A stretch of 64,000 bases of DNA. Origin: an uncultured bacterium. GTDB lineage: Bacteria; Krumholzibacteriota; Krumholzibacteriia; Krumholzibacteriales; Krumholzibacteriaceae. The stretch covers positions 160,001-224,000 of the forward strand of contig CAWBAN010000003.1 of assembly GCA_963786935.1 (NCBI GenBank), read 5' to 3'. The notes under the pieces were generated by a model. The model was not told where the DNA came from and made no database searches. It saw only the letters and a program-made list of their open reading frames with translations. The translations under genes and the position numbers were made by a program. Positions 54,948 through 64,000 of the stretch are shown one piece after another. Numbering within the stretch: position 1 is the first letter of the stretch; each line of letters opens with the position of its first letter.

Positions 54948-57029
54948 ATGAAGCCGTTCAATGGCGCGCGAGCGCTTCTCGTGATTCTGGCCGCCGTGCT
55001 CGTCTGCGCGGCGTCTCTCTCCGCGGTCCGCGCGGCCGATGTGAAGCCGCTCACCCCCGCCGACATCTGGAAGCTGAAAGCGGTCGGCGAGCCGCAGCTC
55101 TCGAGCGACGGGAAGTGGATCGCCTACACGATCTCGACGACCGATTTCGACAAGAACACGCGCAATTCGGACATTTATATTGTCGCATCCGGCGGCGGCG
55201 AGCCGCGGCGCATGACGACGAGCGAGAAGCGCGACGACTCGCCGGCATGGTCTCCCGACGGGACGACGATCGCGTTCATTTCGTCTCGCGGCGGCGACGC
55301 TCAGATCTACGTCCTGCCGGTCGGCGGCGGCGAGGCGCGCACGGTCACCGATTTCCCCGGCGGCGTGGACGATTTTATTTGGACGCCGGACGGGAAGGGC
55401 TTCGTCTTCGCGGCGAGGACCTATCCCGACTGCGCCGATCTCGACTGCATCGAGAAGAAGGACAAGGAGCGGGAGGAAAGCAAGGTCGGCGCCAAGGTGC
55501 ACGAGCACCTCATGTACCGGCACTGGAACGCGTACGAGGACGGGAAGGTTCAGCACCTGTACCATACGCCCGTCGAGGGAGGCGCGCCGCGCGACCTCAC
55601 GCCGGGCTTGAGATTCGACGCGCTCACCTACTGGCTCGCCTCCGCCGGGCGCGACTACGCGATATCCCCCGACGGCTCGATGCTCTATTTCTCGGGCAAG
55701 CAGGACGAGGCACAGGCGGTTTCCTACAATGAGGAGATCTGGTGCGTGCCGCTCGCCGGCGGCGACGTGCTGAAGATCACGGACAACCCGGCCGCCGATA
55801 CGCACCCGCGCGTCTCTCCCGACGGGAAATCGCTTGCCTATCGGGCGACGCGGCGTCCCGGTTACGAGTCCGATCGCTACGAGCTCATGCTGATGCATCT
55901 TCCGGCCGGCGAGCCGCGAAGCCTCACGGCCGATTTCGACCGGAGCGTCGGCGACTTCTTCTGGGCGGCCGACGGGAAGAGCCTCTACTTCGAGACCGAG
56001 GATCGCGGCGACGTGAACCTCTGCGTCGTCCCGACGGACGGCGGCGCGGTGAAGCCGGTCATCGACGGCGCCCGGGCCGGCCGCGGATACCACACCGACG
56101 TCGCGGCGGGGCCGAGGGACGCCTTCTTCGTCTATCGCCACCGGCCGATGGCGCACACGTTCGAGATCTTCCGCTCCGACAAAGCCGGGAAGAACGTGAA
56201 GCAGATCACTTTCGCAAACAAGGAATTCTACGATACGTTCTTCGTGCCGCAGGGCTCGGAAGAGTACTGGTGGAAGGCGGCCGACGGCGCCGACGTCCAC
56301 GGCTGGCTCATCAAGCCGATGAGCCTCGATCCGGCGAAGAAATACCCGATGATGGTGCGCGTCCACGGCGGCCCGCAGCAGATGTGGGTGAACGGTTTCC
56401 GCACCGAGTTCGCGCTCTTCCCGGGCGCCGGCTACGCCGTTTTCTTCTGCAATCCGCGCGGCTCGGGGGGCTACGGGCAGAAGTTCTGCGACGACATCCG
56501 CGGCGACTGGGGCGGGAAGCCCGTGGACGATCTCAAGGCCGGCGTGCGGACCGTTCTCGAGAAGAATCCCTGGATCGACGCGAAGCGCGTCGGCGCGTGG
56601 GGGGACTCCTACGGCGGCTTCTTCTGCAACTGGCTCCAGGGACACAACGAGGACAGGATGTTCGCCGCGCTCGTCTCGCACGCGGGGGACGCCGACGAGT
56701 GGGCCGGCTGGGGCTCGACCGAAGAGCTCTGGTTCCCCGAATGGGATCTCACCGGCACGCCATGGGACAAGCCCGAGGTGTACGACCGGACCTCGGCGAT
56801 CCGCTACGCGAAGAACTTCTCGACGCCGCATCTCTTCACGCACGGCGATCTCGACTACCGCGTGCCGATCACGGGAGGGGAGACGATGTTCACGGCGTGC
56901 CAGCGCCTCGGCGTGCCGTCGAAGATGATCCGCTTCACCGACGAGGGGCACTGGATCCTGAAGCCGCAGAACCAGAAATTCTGGTACGGCGAGGTGCTCG
57001 GCTGGTTCGACGAATACCTCAAGAAATGA
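54948..57029 (+). CDS. Secreted S9C dipeptidyl/acylaminoacyl peptidase
   Basis: Signal peptide, PD40-like WSPDG repeats, VHGGPQ, GDSYGG, DYRVP, DEGHWI. Confidence 0.93.
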   Translation: MKPFNGARALLVILAAVLVCAASLSAVRAADVKPLTPADIWKLKAVGEPQLSSDGKWIAYTISTTDFDKNTRNSDIYIVASGGGEPRRMTTSEKRDDSPAWSPDGTTIAFISSRGGDAQIYVLPVGGGEARTVTDFPGGVDDFIWTPDGKGFVFAARTYPDCADLDCIEKKDKEREESKVGAKVHEHLMYRHWNAYEDGKVQHLYHTPVEGGAPRDLTPGLRFDALTYWLASAGRDYAISPDGSMLYFSGKQDEAQAVSYNEEIWCVPLAGGDVLKITDNPAADTHPRVSPDGKSLAYRATRRPGYESDRYELMLMHLPAGEPRSLTADFDRSVGDFFWAADGKSLYFETEDRGDVNLCVVPTDGGAVKPVIDGARAGRGYHTDVAAGPRDAFFVYRHRPMAHTFEIFRSDKAGKNVKQITFANKEFYDTFFVPQGSEEYWWKAADGADVHGWLIKPMSLDPAKKYPMMVRVHGGPQQMWVNGFRTEFALFPGAGYAVFFCNPRGSGGYGQKFCDDIRGDWGGKPVDDLKAGVRTVLEKNPWIDAKRVGAWGDSYGGFFCNWLQGHNEDRMFAALVSHAGDADEWAGWGSTEELWFPEWDLTGTPWDKPEVYDRTSAIRYAKNFSTPHLFTHGDLDYRVPITGGETMFTACQRLGVPSKMIRFTDEGHWILKPQNQKFWYGEVLGWFDEYLKK

Positions 57030-57044
57030 TAGCGGACGCATGAG

Positions 57045-57115
57045 AAGGGCGGCCCGGAAACCACCGGGCCGCCCTTTGGTGCGCGCTCATCGAACCGCCG
57101 CCTCTCGGCGGTTCG
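57045..57115. terminator. Two adjacent hairpins between convergent genes
   Basis: AAGGGCGGCCCGG/CCGGGCCGCCCTT (57045-57076) and CGAACCGCCG/CGGCGGTTCG (57091-57115). Confidence 0.7.
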
Positions 57116-57121
57116 TCGAAG

Positions 57122-59722
57122 CTACCTGAGAAGAATCATCTTGTTCGATTCCACGAACGTCCCCGCCGTCATCCGGCAGAAGTAGATGCCGCTCGCCACC
57201 TTCGTTCCGGATTCATCCGTGCCGTTCCAGACAACTTCGTGGCGTCCCGCGGTGAGCGTCTTGTCGACGAGCACCCGGACGAGGCGCCCCGAGACATCGA
57301 AGATCTTGAGCGATACCCGCGCCGGGGCGCTGATATCGAACGCGATCTTCGTCGTCGGATTGAAGGGATTGGGGAAGCTCTGGTGCAGGCGATTCGCCGC
57401 CGGGGCCGTCTCCGCGACGTCGGTCGCGGTGCAGCCGACGTCCCGCGCCCCGATGAGGCCGCATCCGCCGCTGTTGGCCGAGGCGCACGGCGACGTGTTG
57501 AACAGCGTCAGATTGTGGTTGGCCGGATCACAGAACAGGGGATCGGTATCGATGTTGCCGGAGCCCCATGAGATCGAGCTGCCTCCGGTCGAATAGATGG
57601 CAGCCTGACCGCCCTGAACGTCGCAGCACCCCACGGGCAGCTCGCTCGCGTTCACGGCTATCTGCGGGCCGGCGATATCGGCGCTGTTATCCCAGAAGAT
57701 GCAATCGTAGAGATCGGCGAGCGAGGCATTGACGTCATATAATGCGCCGCCGATCTGACGCGCGCCGTTGTTGTAGAACGTGCAGTGCAGGAAGGCCGAG
57801 TTGTCGTAGTCCTTGCCGTAGAACGCGCCCGCGTTGTACTCGGCCATGTTCCCGTCGAATACCGTATTTTGGACCCACGCCTCGGAGTGGTTGGTGCAGT
57901 ACATCCCTCCGCCGTCCGTGGATGACGAGTTGCCGAGCAAAGTGCACTGATCGAGGTGGGGAGTGCTCGAATTGCAGTAGATCCCCGCCCCGTAGCGGCC
58001 CGCTTCGTTGGCGGTGAAGGTGCAGAGCGTTATGAAGGGTTCGGCGCTCACGCGGTTGTACATCGCGCCCCCGTCCTCGGTAGCCGTGTTTTCCTGGAAG
58101 ATACAGCTGTCATAGCTCAATGTCGCCGGAGCGTTGCCGTTCTGGTTGTGAACGCCTCCTCCCCAGTGCTGCGTGATGTTGTATCTGAAGGTGCACCCTT
58201 CGACCGTCGGGCTTGCATAGTAATTGTAAAGACCCCCCCCTCCCCAGGTTCCCGTGTTGCCCTCGAAAAGGCAGTTGGTGATGGCGGGCGCGCAGGTATG
58301 GCACAGGATGCCGCCGCCGGCGTCATCGGCCGAGTTGTTGAGGAATGTGCAGCCGGCAATGTCGGGATTGCCCTGGAGAACGATTATGCCGCCGCCGTCA
58401 ACCGTCACGTGATTCCCGCTCAGGATGCAGCCCTGGATGGTCGGGGAGCAGCCGGTCACGTTGATTCCGCCGCCGTACGAGCTCCACCCGTTGATGATCT
58501 TCAGGTTCTTGATGACGGTCTGCGGTCCCTCTCCCTTGCGGATGTAGAAGCCGCGATGGAGGGAACCGGAGCTCCCCTGGCAGTTGATGATGCACGCGCT
58601 CGCGTTGCCGCTCAGCGACTGGACGGTGATCCGCTTGCCTTTCGTGTCGAGGTCGCGGTTCCCGTCGCCCGTGTAGGTGCCGTCCGCCACGCGAACGATA
58701 TCCCCGTTCCACGCGGCGTCGATCGCCGCCTGGATCGTCGGCTTGTACGACGGAACGTCGATGGCGGCCGCGTAGTGGGGATAGTGATACCCGAGATCCA
58801 CCGAGCCGAGGTCCTCCTGCTGGTTCGTTTTCGTCGTCCAGCCGCCGCTCATGCAGGTCGTGCCGTCGGCCGACGGGTAGCACGCGGCGGTCGCGAGCAC
58901 GCTCCCCGCGTCGACCGCGTCGCTCAACGCCTGGTTCAGATAGTAGTCGCCGCCCGTTCCCCAGACGAACGAGGCGTCTCCGTCGAAGCCTCCGCCGCCG
59001 GTGTATCCCTCGATGAGATTGTGGTTGAAGAGGCCGTAGAAGGCGCCATCGATCTCGCTGTCGAAGTTCCAGTAGATGATGTTGTCGACGATATCCGCGT
59101 CTCCCCCGAGGGAGCTGATGCCGCCCGCGCCGCCGGTGCACGTGTTGCTGACGATCGTGCAGTTGCGAATCTGTCCGTTGCAGTAGTGGACGCGAACGCC
59201 GCCGCCGTGGCCATACGCCGTGCAGTTCGAGACGAGGCAGTTGAAGATGCCGGGATCGGCGCTCGCGTTGTCGATGTAGATGCCGCCGCCGTCGCTGTCC
59301 GCCGTGCAATTGTCGATCACGCAGTTCATGATGGTCGGAGAGGAGGCCACGATGGAGATCCCGCCGCCGTTCGTCTCGCCGCCATCCCGGATCGTGAATC
59401 CCTGGACGATCGCCGAGGACCCCTCGCCCGAGTGAAAATAGAATCCGCGGCCGCCGCCGCTGCAGTCGATAATGCAGTATTTCGGCTGGTTGCTCTCCGA
59501 CCTCAGCTTCAGGTTCTTGCCGCCGAAGTCGATGTCGTAATTGCCGGCGCCCGCGTACGTTCCGTCGGCGCAGTAAATGGTGTCCCCCGAGCTCGCGGCG
59601 GTCACCGCCGCCTGAATGGTCGCGTAAGCGCCCGTTCCGTCGGCCTTGAGATGGAAATGGGCGGCCGATGCCGCGGACGAGACCGCGGCGAGAAAAGCGA
59701 TCATGAGCATGATGCGGCGCAT
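57122..59722 (-). CDS. Secreted right-handed beta-helix repeat protein (two modules) with FlgD-Ig/T9SS-like CTD
   Basis: Signal peptide; TIQAA..A..GD module starts; GGGI repeats; DPLFCD..SPC; FPNPFNP...SGIYFCRM...KMILLR; GAGGAGG RBS. Confidence 0.88.
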   Translation of the reverse strand: MRRIMLMIAFLAAVSSAASAAHFHLKADGTGAYATIQAAVTAASSGDTIYCADGTYAGAGNYDIDFGGKNLKLRSESNQPKYCIIDCSGGGRGFYFHSGEGSSAIVQGFTIRDGGETNGGGISIVASSPTIMNCVIDNCTADSDGGGIYIDNASADPGIFNCLVSNCTAYGHGGGVRVHYCNGQIRNCTIVSNTCTGGAGGISSLGGDADIVDNIIYWNFDSEIDGAFYGLFNHNLIEGYTGGGGFDGDASFVWGTGGDYYLNQALSDAVDAGSVLATAACYPSADGTTCMSGGWTTKTNQQEDLGSVDLGYHYPHYAAAIDVPSYKPTIQAAIDAAWNGDIVRVADGTYTGDGNRDLDTKGKRITVQSLSGNASACIINCQGSSGSLHRGFYIRKGEGPQTVIKNLKIINGWSSYGGGINVTGCSPTIQGCILSGNHVTVDGGGIIVLQGNPDIAGCTFLNNSADDAGGGILCHTCAPAITNCLFEGNTGTWGGGGLYNYYASPTVEGCTFRYNITQHWGGGVHNQNGNAPATLSYDSCIFQENTATEDGGAMYNRVSAEPFITLCTFTANEAGRYGAGIYCNSSTPHLDQCTLLGNSSSTDGGGMYCTNHSEAWVQNTVFDGNMAEYNAGAFYGKDYDNSAFLHCTFYNNGARQIGGALYDVNASLADLYDCIFWDNSADIAGPQIAVNASELPVGCCDVQGGQAAIYSTGGSSISWGSGNIDTDPLFCDPANHNLTLFNTSPCASANSGGCGLIGARDVGCTATDVAETAPAANRLHQSFPNPFNPTTKIAFDISAPARVSLKIFDVSGRLVRVLVDKTLTAGRHEVVWNGTDESGTKVASGIYFCRMTAGTFVESNKMILLR

Positions 59723-59859
59723 AGTCCCCTCCTCGATGCGATTGATGGAAAGAATTCCCCTGGTGCGACGTCCCCCCAAGATGCTGGAAACCGTCGGCAA
59801 TTATACCAGATAACGGCTTTATATTAAAGAGGATTCTTGGTTCGGCGGGGCCGCGGTTT

Positions 59860-61230
59860 TTACTCTTCCGACAGATCCTCCGCCGCGATCCGGTCGATCT
59901 CGGCGGGAGTGATCCCGAGCGCTTCGGCCGCCGATTCCTTCTGCTGGCCGAAATAGGAGAGCGTGTGCCGCACGTGCTCCCGCACGACCTCGTCGAGCCG
60001 CTTCGGCATGAAGATATCGCTCCCGACGCCGCGCTCGACACGATCCCTGATGAAGAGGGGGAGCGATTCGACGGTGACGATGTCGGTATCGGCGTTCGCG
60101 ACGGCGCTCGCGACGATGGTGATGAGCTCCTGCACGTTGTCGGGGAATTGATACGACACGAGAAGTTGCATGCAATCCTTTGAAAAGCCGGCGATGGTCT
60201 TTCCGGCCTTTTCGCTTTCTTCCTTGAGAAAGAGCTCCGCGAGAAGCGGAATATCGCCGGGACGCTCACGCAGCGGCGGAATCCTGATCGAGTTGATCAT
60301 GAGATGATAGAGGAGATCCCGCGAGAACCGGTTCGCGTATTCGGGGTGCGTGAGGTCGCGTTTCGCCGAAACGATGACGCGCACGGCCGCCTTCCTGATG
60401 CTCGTCGAGCTCTCGCGGTAGTACTCGCCCGTCTGGATGAGGCGCTTGAGCTTCACCTGCATCGGGAGCGTCAGATCGCCGATGTTGTTGAGGAAGAGCG
60501 TGCCGTGGTCCGCCTGCTCGAGGAGCCCCGGCGTCTCTTCGTGGGAGCCGTGCCAGTCCTTCGCCTGACCGAAAAAGAACGAGGGGAACTTCTCGGGATC
60601 CTGGCTGTCGACCTCGACGACGACGAAGGGTCCGTCCTTGCGCGGGCTCGCCTCGTGGATGGCGCGGGCGAGCGTTTCCTTGCCGCTTCCGCTCTCGCCC
60701 CAGATGAAGATGCTGACGTCGCTCGCGGCGAGCTTCTCCGCCTGATGGAAGAGGCGGATCATCCGGTCGTCCTGCGTCGGAAGCTTCGTGAATGCGGCTT
60801 CGAACGCGAGGTCCTTCCTCGTCAGCTGCTTCGGGAGCTGGTTGATCGTTTTTTGAAGCGTCCGGTTTTCAATCGCGTTTTCGAGTACCTGGACGAGATT
60901 CTGGTCGTCGACCGGTTTCGTGAGATAATCGAACGCGCCGAGCTTCATCGCGCGGACGGCGAGGTCGACGTCGCTGACGCCGGTGAGGATGACGGCGGGC
61001 GTGTCGTCCCCCTTTCCCCGCATCATGCGCAGGATGTCCATGCCGCTGACGTTCGGCATGTCCATGTCGAGAAGGATCGCGTCGAAACGCTCGCGCTCGA
61101 GGAGGCCGGCCACCTCGCGCGAATCGTTCACGACGGACGGCTCGAAGATCCCCGTCTGGACGAGAAACACCATGAAGTAGTTGGTTACGGCGACGTCGTC
61201 GTCGATGATGAGAACTCGCTTCATCGTCAT
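59860..61230 (-). CDS. NtrC-type response regulator with degenerate AAA+ domain
   Basis: Receiver VLIIDDD/LLDMDMP/YLTKP; Walker A GESGSGKE; no GAFTGA; Walker B region FLNNI; C-terminal HTH; ATGA overlap with the kinase stop. Confidence 0.85.
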   Translation of the reverse strand: MTMKRVLIIDDDVAVTNYFMVFLVQTGIFEPSVVNDSREVAGLLERERFDAILLDMDMPNVSGMDILRMMRGKGDDTPAVILTGVSDVDLAVRAMKLGAFDYLTKPVDDQNLVQVLENAIENRTLQKTINQLPKQLTRKDLAFEAAFTKLPTQDDRMIRLFHQAEKLAASDVSIFIWGESGSGKETLARAIHEASPRKDGPFVVVEVDSQDPEKFPSFFFGQAKDWHGSHEETPGLLEQADHGTLFLNNIGDLTLPMQVKLKRLIQTGEYYRESSTSIRKAAVRVIVSAKRDLTHPEYANRFSRDLLYHLMINSIRIPPLRERPGDIPLLAELFLKEESEKAGKTIAGFSKDCMQLLVSYQFPDNVQELITIVASAVANADTDIVTVESLPLFIRDRVERGVGSDIFMPKRLDEVVREHVRHTLSYFGQQKESAAEALGITPAEIDRIAAEDLSEE

Positions 61231-63249
61231 CCTTTCGGCGGGCCCTGCGAACCCGGTTTGGCCTGCGGCGTTCCGGTCCTCTGCGGCGCGGCTGATTTTG
61301 CCGGGATTCTCACCGTGAATGTCGTTCCCGCACCCTGCTTGCTCCTCACCGTGATGCCCCCGCCGTGCTCCTCGACGATCCGGTAGACGATCGCGAGCCC
61401 GAGCCCCGTTCCTCCCTTGGCGCGCTTCGTCGTGAAGAAGGGATCGAATATCTGCTTCAGCGTCTTGTCGTTCATGCCGATGCCGTTGTCCTCGATCTCG
61501 AAAACGACGTCGGCGTCCTCGGCCCGCGTCCGCACCGTGATGAGCCCGCGCACGTCGTCGCGCATCGCCTGCCCGGCGTTCACGAGAAGGTTGACGAGGA
61601 TCTGCTCGATCTTCTGCGCGTTGCCCGTGAAGACGGGGAGCCCCTCGGCGAGGTCGAGCCGGATATCGGCCCTGCTTGTGGACTTCGTTGTGGACGAGGC
61701 GCGCGCTCGCCTCGATGAGCGTGTTGATATCGATCGTGTCGACGAGGAGCCCTTCGTCCTTGCGGGCGAAGGTTCTGAGCCCCTCGACGATCCCCTTGAT
61801 CCGCTGCGAGCCGTGATCCATATCGTCGACGAGCATCATGATGTTCTTGCGCCAGAAATCGTAGTTGAGCTTCGCGATCTTGAAGTCGCCGTGAGCCGCG
61901 CAGTATTCGTCGACGATCGGCATGAGGTCCTCGAGGGATTGCTTGAGGATCTTGATGTTCCCCCGGATGAACTGGTTCGGGTTGTTGATCTCGTGGCCGA
62001 TGCCGCTCACGAGCTGACCGAGCGAGGCGAGCTTGTCGGCCTGCTGGAGCTGCTGCTCGTACGTCATCTCGAGCGTCACGTCGCGGTAGAACTCCATGAT
62101 GCCGTCCACCTCGTGCTCCCGGTTGTAGATCGGGAGCGCGTGGACCTGGAGAACCTGGTTGTCGCGCCGGAGCTGGAGGGTGACGGGCGTCTTGTCGCGG
62201 AGGATGCGCGCGAGGCGGCAGTCCTCGCAGGGGCGCTCCCGCCCGAAGACGCTCGTGTAGCAAAACGTGCCGGGGCTCATGTTCTCCCGGTTCGACATGA
62301 TGACCGTGCGGTGGTTGTCGATGAGGACCACCTCGTCGGGAATCGCCTTGAACATCGCCTCGAGCGTCGATTTCGACTCCTCCCAGCCTCCCTTGGCCGT
62401 ATCGAGGTACGAATTGACGACGCGCAGCTTGTTGTTCTGCTCCTCGAGCTCGGCGGTGCGCTTCGCGATTTCCCCCTGAAGCTCGTCGAGTCGCTTGTTG
62501 AATCCCGCTTCCTCGGCCTGCTTCTTGATGAGCCGCTCCTTGAGCTCCTTGCGCTCGAGGGCGAGGCTCAGCATTCGCCCGATCTCGTCGAGCATGCGCT
62601 GCTCCTCGGGGAGGAGCTGTCGTTTCTCGCTGTAGTAGCCGACGCGGATCTCCCCTTTATCGCTTCCGCCGACGATGAGACGAACGGCGATGTAGTTGTA
62701 GGAGTTCGGTTTCTGGCCGTATTCGATTCCCTGGTAGACGGAATAGGTGATCGCCTCTTCGGGATAGAGCATCCCTGCGGCGAGATAACGGGGGAGCTCC
62801 CTGAAGAATTCGACGATCGAATCCGAATCTTCGATCCACTCGGCGACGTCGTAGAGGCAGGAGAGCTCCTTGATGCGCTCCGCTTTCTCCCATTCCTCGA
62901 GCTTGCGGAGCGCCTCGAGCTTGTTGCCGAAGAAGACGAATATCTCGCCGTCGTCGGTCTTTCCGTGCCCCGCCTTGAGCGGAATCGAGCGGGAGCCCTC
63001 TCCCGCGACGGTGTATACGGCGTTTGCGCGATTCCTGGCGCGCGCCTGCGCCATCGCCGAGCGAAAGGTCGTGAGGGAGGGAGGGGTGAGGATATCCTTC
63101 AGCAGTTTTTCCTCGGCGGGGGCGTCCTCCTCGCGGCTGTCGCGGGCGAGGAGCCTGCTCATGTGGACGATTCGCTCCGTTCCGTCCACGACGAGCAGAT
63201 AATCGAAGCTGCTCTCCATGAAGGAGTAGAGATTCTCGAGCTTGATCAT
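61227..63249 (-). pseudogene. Cytoplasmic PAS sensor histidine kinase with a single frameshift near 61670-61675, probably an assembly error
   Basis: HisKA LASLGQLVSGIGHEINNP lies in one frame. The HATPase (EQILVNLLVNA, EDNGIG, FFTTK..GGTGLGL) lies in the 61227..61583 frame. Removing one base restores HK(Q/R)ADIRLDLAEGLP. Confidence 0.88.
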
Positions 63250-63271
63250 GGCGCTCCTCCGCCTCTCGTGC

Positions 63272-64000
63272 CTACTGTCTCACGCGGAACCTGCCGGTGC
63301 CGACCTCCCTGATTTCGCGTTTGTACCGCTCGCTGTGGGTGAGCGGCGGCTGCAGCGAGCCGGTGTGGGCGACGGCGCCCGTCGGAACGAGCCGCGCCGC
63401 GCCGGCGGCGACACGCTCTTCGCCGGTGTTCCAGTAAAAGCGCGTGAGATCGCCGAGCTCGTTCTTGACGATCGTTTCGATTTCGGAAGCCGTGTCGTCG
63501 GCGACCGGGATCCCGAACTCGCGGGCGAGCCCGCGGAGCACGTCGATTCCCGTCGCTCCCGCCGGCGGCTCGACGGCGCGCGCGTACTCGACGACCGCGC
63601 CTTCGAAGTTGCAGCGGGTCCCCTCGGTCTCGAGGTAGGTCGAACCGGGGAGCACGACGTCGGCCGAACGCGTCGTTTCGGTGAGCGTCCAATCCATCGC
63701 CGCGAGGAACTCCACGTTCTGGAACCACGAGCCGGTCTGGCCCCACGCGAGCGGGTCCTCGCCGATGACGAGCGCGCCCTTGAGCTCGCCCGAGGCGAGG
63801 AGCTCGCGCAGCTCGCGGCGGCTCCGCGCTCCCGCGGCGCCCTGCGGATTCGGCGTCCTGCCGGGGCCGAACGCCGGGTCGGCGCCCGCGAGCTCGATCG
63901 CGGCGCTGTTCGCGTTCATGCGGGGGAGGAGGAGGTCGGCGCGCGCTCCCGCCGCGCGCAGCAGCACGACGAGATTGGCGAGCGTCTCCATGTCGCCGGG
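63272..64000 (-). CDS. C-terminal part of a molybdopterin-oxidoreductase-fold protein (formate dehydrogenase alpha/NuoG-like), truncated by the window edge
   Basis: LKGALVIGEDP, DWTLTETTRSADVVLPGSTYLETEGTRCNFEG. Confidence 0.8.
   Translation of the reverse strand, partial: PGDMETLANLVVLLRAAGARADLLLPRMNANSAAIELAGADPAFGPGRTPNPQGAAGARSRRELRELLASGELKGALVIGEDPLAWGQTGSWFQNVEFLAAMDWTLTETTRSADVVLPGSTYLETEGTRCNFEGAVVEYARAVEPPAGATGIDVLRGLAREFGIPVADDTASEIETIVKNELGDLTRFYWNTGEERVAAGAARLVPTGAVAHTGSLQPPLTHSERYKREIREVGTGRFRVRQ

Noticed and set aside
59860..63249. 1129-aa hybrid kinase-regulator ORF from the ORF track
   Set aside because: The segment between HisKA and receiver is out-of-frame sequence. The real HATPase is in another frame, so two genes plus a frameshift explain it.
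1..64000. tRNA, rRNA, prophage or transposase genes
   Set aside because: None recognised by eye; intergenic spaces are short. tRNAscan-SE or Infernal would be needed to exclude small RNAs.

Overview
A GC-rich bacterial window dominated by secreted and surface proteins and peptidases. Six exported proteins end in a FlgD-Ig/T9SS-like 'PNPF(N)P...SGIYF...KMVLLR' C-terminal domain (CTD) and two end in 'EETNWGAIKSLF'. This combination suggests an FCB-related candidate phylum such as Krumholzibacteriota, Latescibacterota or Eisenbacteria (inference). Main contents: a frameshifted prolyl oligopeptidase; two tandem giant S8 protease/beta-helix/CARDB/FG-GAP proteins; and a full PEP-CTERM locus (PEP-CTERM gene with sigma54, IHF and enhancer sites, exosortase, EpsI, TPR lipoprotein, PrsK, PrsR). 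Divergent from that locus is a tandem pair of WGAIKSLF-tail genes with identical ends, variable middles and an orphan Shine-Dalgarno in the leader. Further genes: GT4, C25 and S8 peptidases, wrbA, hutH-like lyase, radical SAM, AsmA, lemA-htpX, M29 aminopeptidase, RluA-family synthase, GT-C, a Cys-less PurF, def, fba, RDD, macro domain, S9 peptidase, a frameshifted histidine kinase with a degenerate NtrC-type regulator, and a partial molybdopterin oxidoreductase. The best candidate for an undescribed system is the WGxIKxLF tail as a protein-sorting signal. The same passenger domain appears by eye at 43.4-43.8 kb on a lipoprotein that lacks the tail (choice-of-anchor logic). No rRNA, tRNA, CRISPR array or mobile element was seen. 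Family assignments are from motif recognition only; no database searches were run.
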